In this document: positions 1 through 9,956 of the stretch, piece by piece | Layout: every line of letters starts with the position of its first letter | How positions within the stretch are numbered: position 1 is the stretch's first letter | NCBI GenBank assembly: GCA_002104905.1 | Contig: MCFE01000216.1 | Coordinates: forward strand, 62,001 to 126,000 | Reading direction: 5' to 3' | Length of the DNA stretch: 64,000 nt | From: Basidiobolus meristosporus CBS 931.73 | Lineage: Eukaryota; Fungi; Basidiobolomycota | Notes under the pieces: model-generated | What the model saw: only the letters and a program-made list of their open reading frames with translations | Databases searched by the model: none | What the model was told of the DNA's origin: nothing | Position numbers and translations under genes: made by a program

Positions 1-6
1 CACTAG

Positions 7-1068
7 TTGATTTGGGACGATCAATACTTGTATGTAGGTGCATTGTTATTGGATCCAGTGATCAGAGCATTGGAAAATGAAGCAGTATTAGGTGAAGGTG
101 AGTATTATGACACTCATAACTTTCTGGATAGACTTATTAATTCCAAAGCAGTTTTTGACGACAACACTTTCCAGCTATACTTGGATCATGACAGGACAAA
201 CCACAATTACAAGGTCATCCAGATGAATCCTAATGGTGTCTATAAATCTTCCATATACAACAAACCTCCTTCCGACGATGGGTATGAAAGTTGGTGGGAT
301 TTAGGCCCAGACTTCGAATTCAAGATTTACACCCATGGCGAGGTAAATAACAAGGATTGGAAGCCTGTGGAAGACGGATACTGGTCAGTAGAAATGAAGA
401 TTCCCCTCGATCGACTTTCGGCCAGAGTTTTCGATTCCCTCGGAATAAAAAAAAGAGCCGAAGAAACCTCAGCGATGCCAACATATATGGGGCTCAACTT
501 TTTAAGGTAAATTATTGAGTCTTTCGCCTGCTTAAACGCTACTAAATAGGGCAACCTCCTTTACAGAACAGGGTTCCCACCTAAAGGAGTAGTGAACATC
601 CAAGCACAGTCTACTACCGTGCAAAGCACGGTTTCGAGTTTCTTTTTGTTTGGGTTGGGTAACTTCAACACGTTGTTGAAGCGCCATGAAGTTGGGCCCA
701 AGTACCAAACCTCCTGGTCACCGCTACACTCAAATGATATACATCATCCCGAACTTTGGGGACAAGTAATGTTCCGGAACACAACGAACACCTACAAGCC
801 ATTTGTCCCGGATCAAAGTTATCCAACAAGATTTGCCCTGATGCAGATATACTACGGAGAAAAAGCATATGCCGCGACACACGACGGAGTGTACACAGAA
901 AACTACCAGGATTTGGATATTGATGTGCAGCTAGTCGAGGATTGCATTGGGCCGCTTAAAATTCGAACATCGGATGACGGTGTCTCATACGAGGCATCTA
1001 TTAGATACCGAAAGCAAACAGGACATATACGAGAGGATAGATATCTCCATTTTACTGATAACCACTAA
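7..1068 (+). CDS. CBM9-like (DOMON-fold) carbohydrate-binding protein of bacterial type; 5' end truncated by the window edge; two probable introns (507-566, 631-681)
   Basis: Motifs IWDDQYLYVGA, DNTFQLYLDHD..NHNY..IQMNP, WSVEMKIP, GLNFLR, WSP..DIHHPELWGQVMF and ALMQIYYGEKAY resemble recalled Bacteroidetes CBM9-like proteins. Removing GTAAAT..TTACAG (507-566) joins the two ORFs in frame. Confidence 0.7.
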
Positions 1069-1435
1069 TCTTGAGGATCCACCCGTTTTCTTGACAAAAA
1101 TGCCTCTGTATTCATAGCTTAAACATTCTATCAGCATCCGGTCCGTATCCATGTGTGCTCAACGAGTATTGTTATGACCTGAAGTCGTAGCATACTGCTT
1201 TATTAACTCATTTCAAAAACTGAATATCCGATAAAATATCGCAGGCATTCCATGTCCCAACCACTTTTACTTTTAATTATACTTCTGGCCATTCAACTAG
1301 CGACTAATTGTGAATGCATTGTGTTAATGCTAAGCAGCTTTTGTGTAATAAATACTTGATGTAGTAGATATTGCTTTATTTTAATTTTACATGTATTGTA
1401 ATTACAAAACCTAGGAAACATAATATTCATATAAA

Positions 1436-3649
1436 TTACTCAAACATTGGTCCTTCTTTGAGTTCAAAGGTGAATTTGAATTGGTCGTTTTCTACTCCAA
1501 TATGAACAATCGCATGTTCCAGAAGTTGGCCGGAGAGCAGAGCACGGCTCAATTGTGTCACTAGATGCTTCTCAAGGAATCTACGCACTGGTCGAGCTCC
1601 ATACGTGGGGTCGTACGAGAGTCGGAGTACAAGGTCCGACGCTGCATCCGACATCACCAGATCTATGTCCTTGTCCACCAAACGCTTCGCAATGCGCTCC
1701 ACTTGGATCTTCACAATGTCACGTAGGTTGTCCTGTGACAGCGGCGAGAAGACGATGATGTCATCCAGTCGATTCAACAACTCTGGTCGGAAGTGTCCCT
1801 TCACCTGGTTCATCACAAGCTGCTTCGTTCCCTCGTCCAGCACGCCTGCATTCTCCGGATTCCCGAGTGTGTTCAGGATCAGCTCTTGACCGACATTCGA
1901 GGTGAGAATGATCACCGTGTTGCTGAAGTCCACCACCCTTCCTTGCCCATCAGTCAACCGGGCGTCATCCAACACCTCCAACAGCACATTCAGAACTTGT
2001 GGATGCGCCTTCTCCACCTCATCGAACAGCACCACCGAGTAGGGCTTGCGACGAACCACCTCCGTGAGCTGGCCACCGTCCTCGTGTCCCACGTAGCCAG
2101 GTGGTGCTCCAATCAATCTCGCCACGGAATGGGACTCCATGTACTCTGACATGTCGATACGCACCATGTACTTCTCGTCGTCAAAGAGCTCTGCTGCGAG
2201 ACTCTTTGCAAGCTCAGTCTTGCCAACACCTGTGGGTCCAAGGAACAAGAATGAGCCGATCGGCTGGTTCTCACGCGCGAGTCCAGCCCGTGACCGAAGG
2301 ATCGCTTCTGACACTGCAGTGACAGCCTCATCCTGGCCAATCACCCGCTCCGCCAATTTGTTGCCCAGTGAGAGTAGGCGATCGATCTGCGTCTTGGAGA
2401 GACGGGTGACCGGGATTCCGGTCCATCTGCTCACCACCTCCATGATCTGCTCCGGGCCAACTATCTCCGTGAGTAGGCGATCGTTCGTCTCCACATCCTT
2501 CATCTCCTCGTCTTCTTGCTTCTTCAGGTCCGATAGCTCCGCAATCCGTTTCTCGATATCTGGGATGGCATAGTACCGGATATCGGCCGCCTGTGCCAAG
2601 TCCCGATGACGCTCGGCCTCATCCGCCTTGTGGCGCAGCTCCTCGAGTCGCTGGTTGAGCTGGCGAATCTCGTCCAGACTTCCCTTCTCTGTTTGATACT
2701 TCAGCTTGAGTGGTCGAAGCTCCTCCTCGATCTTGAGCATCTCCTCCTGGACTCGGTGAAGTCGTTGCTGACTTGCTTGATCCTTCTCCTTGCTCAACGC
2801 TGTCGCTTCGACCTCGAGTTGCAGGTGTCTGCGCTCAAGCTGGTCAATGATCTCTGGCTGCGAATCGAGCTGCACTCGAGTGTTGGCACACGCTTCGTCC
2901 ATCAGGTCAATCGCCTTGTCAGGTAGGAATCGGTTCGTGATGTACCTGTCTGAAAGCTGCGCTGCTGCCACTAGCGCCGTGTCGAGGATCTTCACTCCGT
3001 GGTGTGCCTCGTACTTCTCCTTGAGTCCACGAAGAATACTGATCGTGTCGATCACGTTCGGCTCTCCCACAAGCACTTGCTGGAAACGACGTTCAAACGC
3101 CGCATCCTTCTCCACGTACTTCTTGTACTCGCTCAGCGTGGTGGCTCCAATGCAGCGGAGCTCTCCACGCGCAAGCATGGGCTTCAACAGATTCGCCGCG
3201 TCCATGGAGCCCTCACTCTTCCCTGCCCCAAGGACGAGGTGGATCTCGTCGATGAACAGAATGATCGGCGTCTCCGAGTCTTTGATCTCCTTGAGGACTC
3301 CCTTCAGTCTCTCCTCAAACTCTCCACGGTACTTGGCCCCTGCGACCAGTGCTCCCATGTCCAGCGAGAAGAGCTTGCACTGCAGGTTGGTGGGGACATC
3401 CTTGCGAACGATTCTGGCTGCAAGTCCTTCCACCACAGCAGTCTTGCCGACACCAGGCTCGCCGATGAGCACCGGGTTGTTCTTTGTTCTACGGGAGAGG
3501 ACTCGGATCACTCGGCGGATCTCTTCGTCACGTCCAATTACGGGGTCGAGTTTTCCCTTCTCTGCCATTTCGGTCATATCAATGGCGTATTTGGATAATG
3601 ATTCGTAAGGACCTTGTTGGTCTGCTTCAGGTTGTGTGTAGTTACTCAT
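1436..3649 (-). CDS. HSP104: Hsp104/ClpB disaggregase lacking the N-terminal Clp-N domain (737 aa), intronless
   Basis: Two AAA+ modules ([12 protein letters not shown] and [12 protein letters not shown]), middle coiled-coil, pore loops KYRGEFEE and GYVG. An in-frame TAA lies just upstream of the ATG, and the N-terminus is acidic (no mitochondrial presequence). Confidence 0.93.
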   Translation of the reverse strand: MSNYTQPEADQQGPYESLSKYAIDMTEMAEKGKLDPVIGRDEEIRRVIRVLSRRTKNNPVLIGEPGVGKTAVVEGLAARIVRKDVPTNLQCKLFSLDMGALVAGAKYRGEFEERLKGVLKEIKDSETPIILFIDEIHLVLGAGKSEGSMDAANLLKPMLARGELRCIGATTLSEYKKYVEKDAAFERRFQQVLVGEPNVIDTISILRGLKEKYEAHHGVKILDTALVAAAQLSDRYITNRFLPDKAIDLMDEACANTRVQLDSQPEIIDQLERRHLQLEVEATALSKEKDQASQQRLHRVQEEMLKIEEELRPLKLKYQTEKGSLDEIRQLNQRLEELRHKADEAERHRDLAQAADIRYYAIPDIEKRIAELSDLKKQEDEEMKDVETNDRLLTEIVGPEQIMEVVSRWTGIPVTRLSKTQIDRLLSLGNKLAERVIGQDEAVTAVSEAILRSRAGLARENQPIGSFLFLGPTGVGKTELAKSLAAELFDDEKYMVRIDMSEYMESHSVARLIGAPPGYVGHEDGGQLTEVVRRKPYSVVLFDEVEKAHPQVLNVLLEVLDDARLTDGQGRVVDFSNTVIILTSNVGQELILNTLGNPENAGVLDEGTKQLVMNQVKGHFRPELLNRLDDIIVFSPLSQDNLRDIVKIQVERIAKRLVDKDIDLVMSDAASDLVLRLSYDPTYGARPVRRFLEKHLVTQLSRALLSGQLLEHAIVHIGVENDQFKFTFELKEGPMFE

Positions 3650-6600
3650 GATTTTTTAAAGTCTTCTTTAAGAGGATAAGTTTCTAACGTGATAATGTAC
3701 AATGTAAGTGAAAGTGAAAGTGATTTTTCATCAGTCGATTTCTTGTTTCTTTTATATGAAGGGTTGGTTCCTTTTTGATATACACTAGATACCACGAGAA
3801 TTTCCTCGAATAGCCAGGAGCTTGCATGATTCTCCGTGAATATTCTGGAACCATTGGCTAAACAGAGTAGCCAAATTCCGAGGATATATTGAATGACGAT
3901 TGGCTGATGACTTACCAGTAGCGATTTGATTGATATGCAAACGTTCATTTGAACGCGCTTCGAGTTAGTCATTTTCTTTTTATGCTAAAATTCTACGTCA
4001 CTCCTTGGTACTCCGCCAAGGGAGACGTCAGGCTTACGTTGCTTTAGGATGCATATAATCTAAACCCAACTCTTTACCATGAGTAAGCCTCTAAGCCACT
4101 GTGTATCTAAATCGATTAACACGTGGTTAAAATCCCCCAGTTGAGATTGTATTATCCAATCATTATGAGAGAGAACCTTCTCAACGTAACTGGTGGTTTG
4201 TGGAATTTACCTGAATGAATCAAGGACTGCTCTTGATTCATATAAATATGATTCCGAGCAGATACAAATAACTTCAATATTCGAAATTTCGTCAGTCTCT
4301 TAGAAAATGAATCCAGAACAGTTCACAGAAAAAACTCTAAAAGTCATATCCGCTGCTATTGAACTAGCTCGCGAACATGGCCACATTCAGTTGTCACCGA
4401 TACATATAGCCTGCGCTTTGTTTAGCGACACCGATAACTTTTTGAAAATGGCCATTCAAAAGGCTGGCGGTGACCCCAAGGTACCTGAACGTACTTTCGG
4501 TCGGTTGTTGACAAAACTTCCGTCGCAAAGTCCCCCGCCCGACCCAAGTTTATCTTCGCAGGCATTACAAGTCATTCAAGAAGCTCAAAAGATCCAAAAG
4601 GAAAACGGAGATTCCCACGTCTCTATAGACGTGCTTATTCGGGCGCTGGCAAAACAAAAACAAATCTCGGACGTGCTACTTGATGCTGGAGTTAGCCAAA
4701 AATTACTGGAGGCTACCCTAGCTAAAATTCGTGGAAACCGTAAAGTAGACAGCGCCACTACTGAAAATTCATATGATGCATTATCCAAATACGCCATTGA
4801 TATGACCGAAATGGCAGAGAAGGGAAAACTCGACCCCGTAATTGGACGTGACGAAGAGATCCGCCGAGTGATCCGAGTCCTCTCCCGTAGAACAAAGAAC
4901 AACCCGGTGCTCATCGGCGAGCCTGGTGTCGGCAAGACTGCTGTGGTGGAAGGACTTGCAGCCAGAATCGTTCGCAAGGATGTCCCCACCAACCTGCAGT
5001 GCAAGCTCTTCTCGCTGGACATGGGAGCACTGGTCGCAGGGGCCAAGTACCGTGGAGAGTTTGAGGAGAGACTGAAGGGAGTCCTCAAGGAGATCAAAGA
5101 CTCGGAGACGCCGATCATTCTGTTCATCGACGAGATCCACCTCGTCCTTGGGGCAGGGAAGAGTGAGGGCTCCATGGACGCGGCGAATCTGTTGAAGCCC
5201 ATGCTTGCGCGTGGAGAGCTCCGCTGCATTGGGGCCACCACGCTGAGCGAGTACAAGAAGTACGTGGAGAAGGATGCGGCGTTTGAGCGTCGTTTCCAGC
5301 AAGTGCTCGTGGGAGAGCCGAACGTGATCGACACGATCAGTATTCTTCGTGGACTCAAGGAGAAGTACGAGGCACACCACGGAGTGAAGATCCTCGACAC
5401 GGCGCTAGTGGCAGCAGCGCAGCTTTCAGACAGGTACATCACGAACCGATTCCTACCTGACAAGGCGATTGACCTGATGGACGAAGCGTGTGCAAACACT
5501 CGAGTGCAGCTCGATTCGCAGCCAGAGATCATTGACCAGCTTGAGCGCAGACACCTGCAACTCGAGGTCGAAGCGACAGCGTTGAGCAAGGAGAAGGATC
5601 AAGCGAGTCAGCAACGACTTCACCGAGTCCAGGAGGAGATGCTCAAGATTGAGGAGGAGCTTCGACCACTCAAGCTGAAGTATCAAACAGAGAAGGGAAG
5701 TCTGGATGAGATTCGCCAGCTCAACCAGCGACTCGAGGAGCTGCGCCACAAGGCGGATGAGGCCGAGCGTCATCGGGACTTGGCACAGGCGGCCGATATC
5801 CGGTACTATGCCATTCCAGATATCGAGAAACGGATTGCGGAGCTATCGGACCTCAAGAAGCAAGAAGACGAGGAGATGAAGGATGTGGAGACGAACGATC
5901 GCCTACTCACGGAGATAGTTGGCCCGGAGCAGATCATGGAGGTGGTGAGCAGATGGACCGGAATCCCGGTCACCCGTCTCTCCAAGACACAGATCGATCG
6001 CCTACTCTCACTGGGCAACAAATTGGCGGAGCGGGTGATTGGCCAGGATGAGGCTGTCACTGCAGTGTCAGAAGCGATCCTTCGGTCACGGGCTGGACTC
6101 GCGCGTGAGAACCAGCCGATCGGCTCATTCTTGTTCCTTGGACCCACAGGTGTTGGCAAGACTGAGCTTGCAAAGAGTCTCGCGGCAGAGCTCTTTGACG
6201 ACGAGAAGTACATGGTGCGTATCGACATGTCAGAGTACATGGAGTCCCATTCCGTGGCGAGATTGATTGGAGCGCCACCTGGCTACGTGGGACACGAGGA
6301 CGGTGGCCAGCTCACGGAGGTGGTTCGTCGCAAGCCCTACTCGGTGGTGCTGTTCGATGAGGTGGAGAAGGCGCATCCACAAGTTCTGAATGTGCTGTTG
6401 GAGGTGTTGGATGACGCCCGGTTGACTGATGGGCAAGGAAGGGTGGTGGACTTCAGCAACACGGTGATCATTCTCACCTCGAATGTCGGTCAAGAGCTGA
6501 TCCTGAACACACTCGGGAATCCGGAGAATGCAGGCGTGCTGGACGAGGGAACGAAGCAGCTTGTGATGAACCAGGTGAAGGGACACTTCCGACCAGAGTT

Positions 6601-6838
6601 GTTGAATCGACTGGATGACATCATCGTCTTCTCGCCGCTGTCACAGGACAACCTACGTGACATTGTGAAGATCCAAGTGGAGCGCATTGCGAAGCGTTTG
6701 GTGGACAAGGACATAGATCTGGTGATGTCGGATGCAGCGTCGGACCTTGTACTCCGACTCTCGTACGACCCCACGTATGGAGCTCGACCAGTGCGTAGAT
6801 TCCTTGAGAAGCATCTAGTGACACAATTGAGCCGTGCT
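1541..6838. repeat. 2,060-bp inverted repeat (arms 1541-3600 and 4779-6838) around a 1,178-bp spacer
   Basis: Hand alignment: identity starts at CATTATCCAAATAC and ends at GAGCCGTGCT. About 12 substitutions were seen, all at synonymous positions; the translated cores are identical in the ORF track. Confidence 0.95.
3750..4248. promoter_or_regulatory. Bidirectional heat-shock promoter: perfect HSE GAAtaTTCtgGAA (3838-3850), imperfect HSEs (3798-3810, 4173-4180), TATA boxes at 3750-3756 (minus) and 4241-4248 (plus)
   Basis: nGAAn inverted-repeat arrays lie between two divergent Hsp104 ATGs, with a TATAAA about 100 nt and about 60 nt upstream of the respective start codons. Confidence 0.75.
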
Positions 6839-6943
6839 TTGCTCTCTGGCCAGCTCCTAGAGCACACGATTGTCACCGTTAATGCACAAGGGGACAATTT
6901 CGTATTTGACATGGAAACCAAGCAAGTCGCTATGCTCGACTAA
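4307..6943 (+). CDS. HSP104: Hsp104/ClpB disaggregase, full length (878 aa), intronless
   Basis: [10 protein letters not shown].. Clp-N repeats followed by the same NBD1-M-NBD2 core. Confidence 0.97.
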   Translation: MNPEQFTEKTLKVISAAIELAREHGHIQLSPIHIACALFSDTDNFLKMAIQKAGGDPKVPERTFGRLLTKLPSQSPPPDPSLSSQALQVIQEAQKIQKENGDSHVSIDVLIRALAKQKQISDVLLDAGVSQKLLEATLAKIRGNRKVDSATTENSYDALSKYAIDMTEMAEKGKLDPVIGRDEEIRRVIRVLSRRTKNNPVLIGEPGVGKTAVVEGLAARIVRKDVPTNLQCKLFSLDMGALVAGAKYRGEFEERLKGVLKEIKDSETPIILFIDEIHLVLGAGKSEGSMDAANLLKPMLARGELRCIGATTLSEYKKYVEKDAAFERRFQQVLVGEPNVIDTISILRGLKEKYEAHHGVKILDTALVAAAQLSDRYITNRFLPDKAIDLMDEACANTRVQLDSQPEIIDQLERRHLQLEVEATALSKEKDQASQQRLHRVQEEMLKIEEELRPLKLKYQTEKGSLDEIRQLNQRLEELRHKADEAERHRDLAQAADIRYYAIPDIEKRIAELSDLKKQEDEEMKDVETNDRLLTEIVGPEQIMEVVSRWTGIPVTRLSKTQIDRLLSLGNKLAERVIGQDEAVTAVSEAILRSRAGLARENQPIGSFLFLGPTGVGKTELAKSLAAELFDDEKYMVRIDMSEYMESHSVARLIGAPPGYVGHEDGGQLTEVVRRKPYSVVLFDEVEKAHPQVLNVLLEVLDDARLTDGQGRVVDFSNTVIILTSNVGQELILNTLGNPENAGVLDEGTKQLVMNQVKGHFRPELLNRLDDIIVFSPLSQDNLRDIVKIQVERIAKRLVDKDIDLVMSDAASDLVLRLSYDPTYGARPVRRFLEKHLVTQLSRALLSGQLLEHTIVTVNAQGDNFVFDMETKQVAMLD

Positions 6944-7408
6944 TAGCTTTACAAATGTAGCCACCCTCCAACATGATTTTGCCTTTATGTAAATTTTATC
7001 CGGTATATTATTGAATGTTATTTCTGATAATCATCAAGCATCATAACTATAAATAAACATACACTATCTTGTAATTATTGAATACTCATAAATCTCGAGA
7101 TGATTTTTTGAAACAAGACAGCTTCCGCAAGTTGATGTTTCAATATGCCCTTGGTTACACAACAGAGTAAAGTATATTCGGAAACTGTAACGTTACATTG
7201 GCTTGTGCATTACCTTTCACAAATTATCTCGTATGATACAATATCAAGCGGACAATTGGTTGATTTGGTGTTGATTATCTCTCTGTGAACCCCATCCTAA
7301 AGCGCAAGAACGTTGTTGTTTGTATCGTGTAGTACAAATAGTATATTTAGTTGCCTGAGAGATGATTTGGATGAATTACTGTTAGTTTATTAAGCAGGTA
7401 AAAGATGT

Positions 7409-8476
7409 CTAACACCATGGTCCAAATTTGAGATCCCAATAAGTCATGTGGGAAATAATATCCACAGGTAAGTAACCACGGATACAATCTCTATCCTCAG
7501 TTAAGGAACCATCGTTACAATGGACAGTTTTACCGGTGAACCAATGAATATAAACTTCATGAGGGGAATGTTGGAATCCAAAGGAGTCGGGAGGAAGATG
7601 GGGAACAGGGTCGTTCTTAGATGTAACACGAATCATGTTGTTACCAATGGTGGAGTTGGAAAGTGTCTTGTATGCCAATTTAGCAAATTTTGGGTTCCCA
7701 ACCCTTGGTTGCCCATAGGTACGCAAGAGGATATTCGCGGGATTAATGGTTTTTGTTGGTGGTGTAATACAGCGTGGACTCTTCGGATTCAACAAATGGT
7801 TTTTGATCTCCATCGCACCAAGAACAGCTACTGCACCACCCTATGCCGTCCAAATACGTTAAAGAAATATTTTACAATGAAATAGGGATGGGTTCTCTTA
7901 CCAGGGAGTGACCTGTCACTACGAGCTCATAATCCTCAGGATCACTGGGAAGTTGATCAACAACTTTCTTCAAGCCTTCAATGACATCTTCTGATACGCT
8001 GTTGAAGGCTTTTAAGAATCCGCCGTGAACCATGGTATCCTTTTCAGCACCAGGATAGGTAAAGTCCAACGGGAGGAAATCAAAATCGTGAAGCCAATTG
8101 CGAATGTTGGCTGATCTGTCAAGAGGAAACAATAAATATTGGTGCGTTGGTAGAAGTAGGAAACTCTTCGCACATACCCTCTAAATGCTACGATAATGGT
8201 CTTCTCTTTATGATTTACACCGACGTAGCCTGCTAGCCCGCTTAGCAAGTCAGAGAAATAGGAGGTTACTTTTACGTCTCCTACACAGCGACTGCCACAA
8301 TCCCACTTCATTACACGGGACTTCAGGCAGTAACTGGCAGCGGCATAGTTACCATGGCGAATTAACATCTCCTTGGTCTGAGCGCTAACTACAGAACCAT
8401 CACGTCTTGCTAGGGGAACTGCAGCTAGCGAAGAGATTACTGCACAGCAGAAAGTCAAGGTAGGAATAAGTCTCAT
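7409..8476 (-). CDS. Secreted class-3 lipase (introns 8116-8177 and 7841-7901)
   Basis: Signal peptide MRLIPTLTFCCAVISSLAA, IVAFRG|S, VHGGF, GHSL|GGA nucleophile elbow split by an intron, TYGQPRVGN, NDPVPHLPP. Confidence 0.93.
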
Positions 8477-9618
8477 CGAACAGATAACCAAGTGTATGAG
8501 TTGTAGCTCTCTCTAGAGGTGACTATTTATAATAAAACGCGTTACCCAATGTTCCAAATACCCTACTTTCTACTTTCTTTTTCTTCCCATCTACATTCTC
8601 TGGATGTAGGTCAGGCTTTGATTTTAACGAATTCTATTGATGGTTGAAATGCACCTACAACTTGATTAAGAAGTTTGCGGCAATCTTCTCTGAGTTCGTT
8701 TATCTTGTAACCTTGAGATTGCATATACACGTGAAAGCACCCATATAACCACGAAAACTGGTACGATGACCAGTTTGTCAACAATTGCTATTGCAGGATC
8801 ATCAAGAAGCCCGAAAAATAAAAGACTCACGGAAAAACCATGAATATACTTTTGTGAAAGAAAATTAATCCGCTCGACGCTTTAGTGCTACTATTCTGAA
8901 ATTTTTGCAGTAACGTAAGTTGGCATATTTGTTGTATTGGGATGTGCCGTCGTCGCCAATATCCATCTATGATTATAACTCAGCCCAGCTTGTTTGGAAG
9001 TTTATTATATAAATAGACCAGAAATTTAGATTAAATATTGGCCTACTTGACACAATAATATATGGCGTTGGTATTGGATCAATTCAAGGGTATTTTGCTA
9101 GCTCGCATTGTAATACAAGTAATATGCCTCTCCCCTGCCCAACTCACCCAGAATTCCAAGTATTCTACCAACTGTTTCGAGAATCCCAAAACTTTGGCTT
9201 CCTAACTGTCGACTTTGCCGCTGAATTGTTTGAACGTTGCGTTTTCCGCTTATTGAAATACCCATTGCAGGATAACACTGATCATTTTGTCAAAGCTATG
9301 AGATTCATCACTTGAAAGTTTTAGTGCATCATGCCAGTACATCAAAATCAAAGATATATCATAGGAGCCATCTGCCGCATCATATTTTCAGTTAACACGT
9401 TTCGATAAAAAAATGCTATTCCAGATGATTGAAAAAATCCCATGAAGCAAAGGTTAGCTCTTCATACTAGTGTTCTATCCTTTTCCCTTTCCCTATGTTG
9501 ACAGGCTATTTCTGTTGATAATGTATGAGGTTGGTAGTGGTCAAGTTTTAAAATTTGCTTTGTGTTTATGCTATTCATAGTCTATGTTCCTTGAGTGCAT
9601 CAACTCTCTACTTGATAG

Positions 9619-9956
9619 TGTTGTAGATTTCGTAATTACTCCTAAACATTCACCTAACTTAGTCGCTTAGATCATAGTCTACAAATCTTAGAGAATTCTG
9701 GCCAAATTCCTTGTTGGGATTTACTTGGAGTATTTCACCAAAGTACCAGGTACCCAGGGCATGAAAGTTGACCAAACAGCCTCAAACTTTGCGCACATGT
9801 TCTTGGGACCTTTCTAAACATACTCAACGTGTTTGTTTTGCCAAGAACATGTAATAGTATAGATACTACTTTTACATTCAATAAATCATCAAGTGAAAAC
9901 CACATAATCTACCTGTTCTCCCAATCACTTTCAGTATCTCCAAAACTTTTACAACT
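9619..9956 (+). mobile_element. Solo LTR of the copia family found at 56.6-58.7 kb
   Basis: Starts TGTTGTA and ends TTACAAC(T). Aligns over its whole length with the reverse complement of 56641-56972 (roughly 80-85% in a hand alignment of the first 90 nt). Flanks GATAG/AATAG form a 4-of-5 target-site duplication. Confidence 0.85.

Noticed and set aside
507-549. Shorter first intron ending at TAG 549 in the CBM9-like gene
   Set aside because: Leads to a stop at about 590; the acceptor at 566 restores the frame.
1436-3649. Calling the short ClpB copy mitochondrial Hsp78
   Set aside because: No Arg-rich presequence, an in-frame stop precedes the ATG, and the core is identical to the cytosolic-type neighbour.
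1541-6838. Inverted duplication as a mis-assembly (fold-back read)
   Set aside because: The arms differ at about 12 silent sites and each has its own coherent N-terminus, C-terminus and TATA box; still worth confirming with long reads.
1555-6921. Many long antisense and alternate-frame ORFs overlapping both Hsp104 genes
   Set aside because: Expected shadow of GC3-rich codon usage; mirrored in both arms; no recognisable domains.
7409-9956. Lipase plus LTR as one segmental duplication unit with 55036-56972
   Set aside because: The LTR is upstream of lipase 1 but downstream of lipase 2, and the solo LTR has its own TSD, so the insertions are independent.
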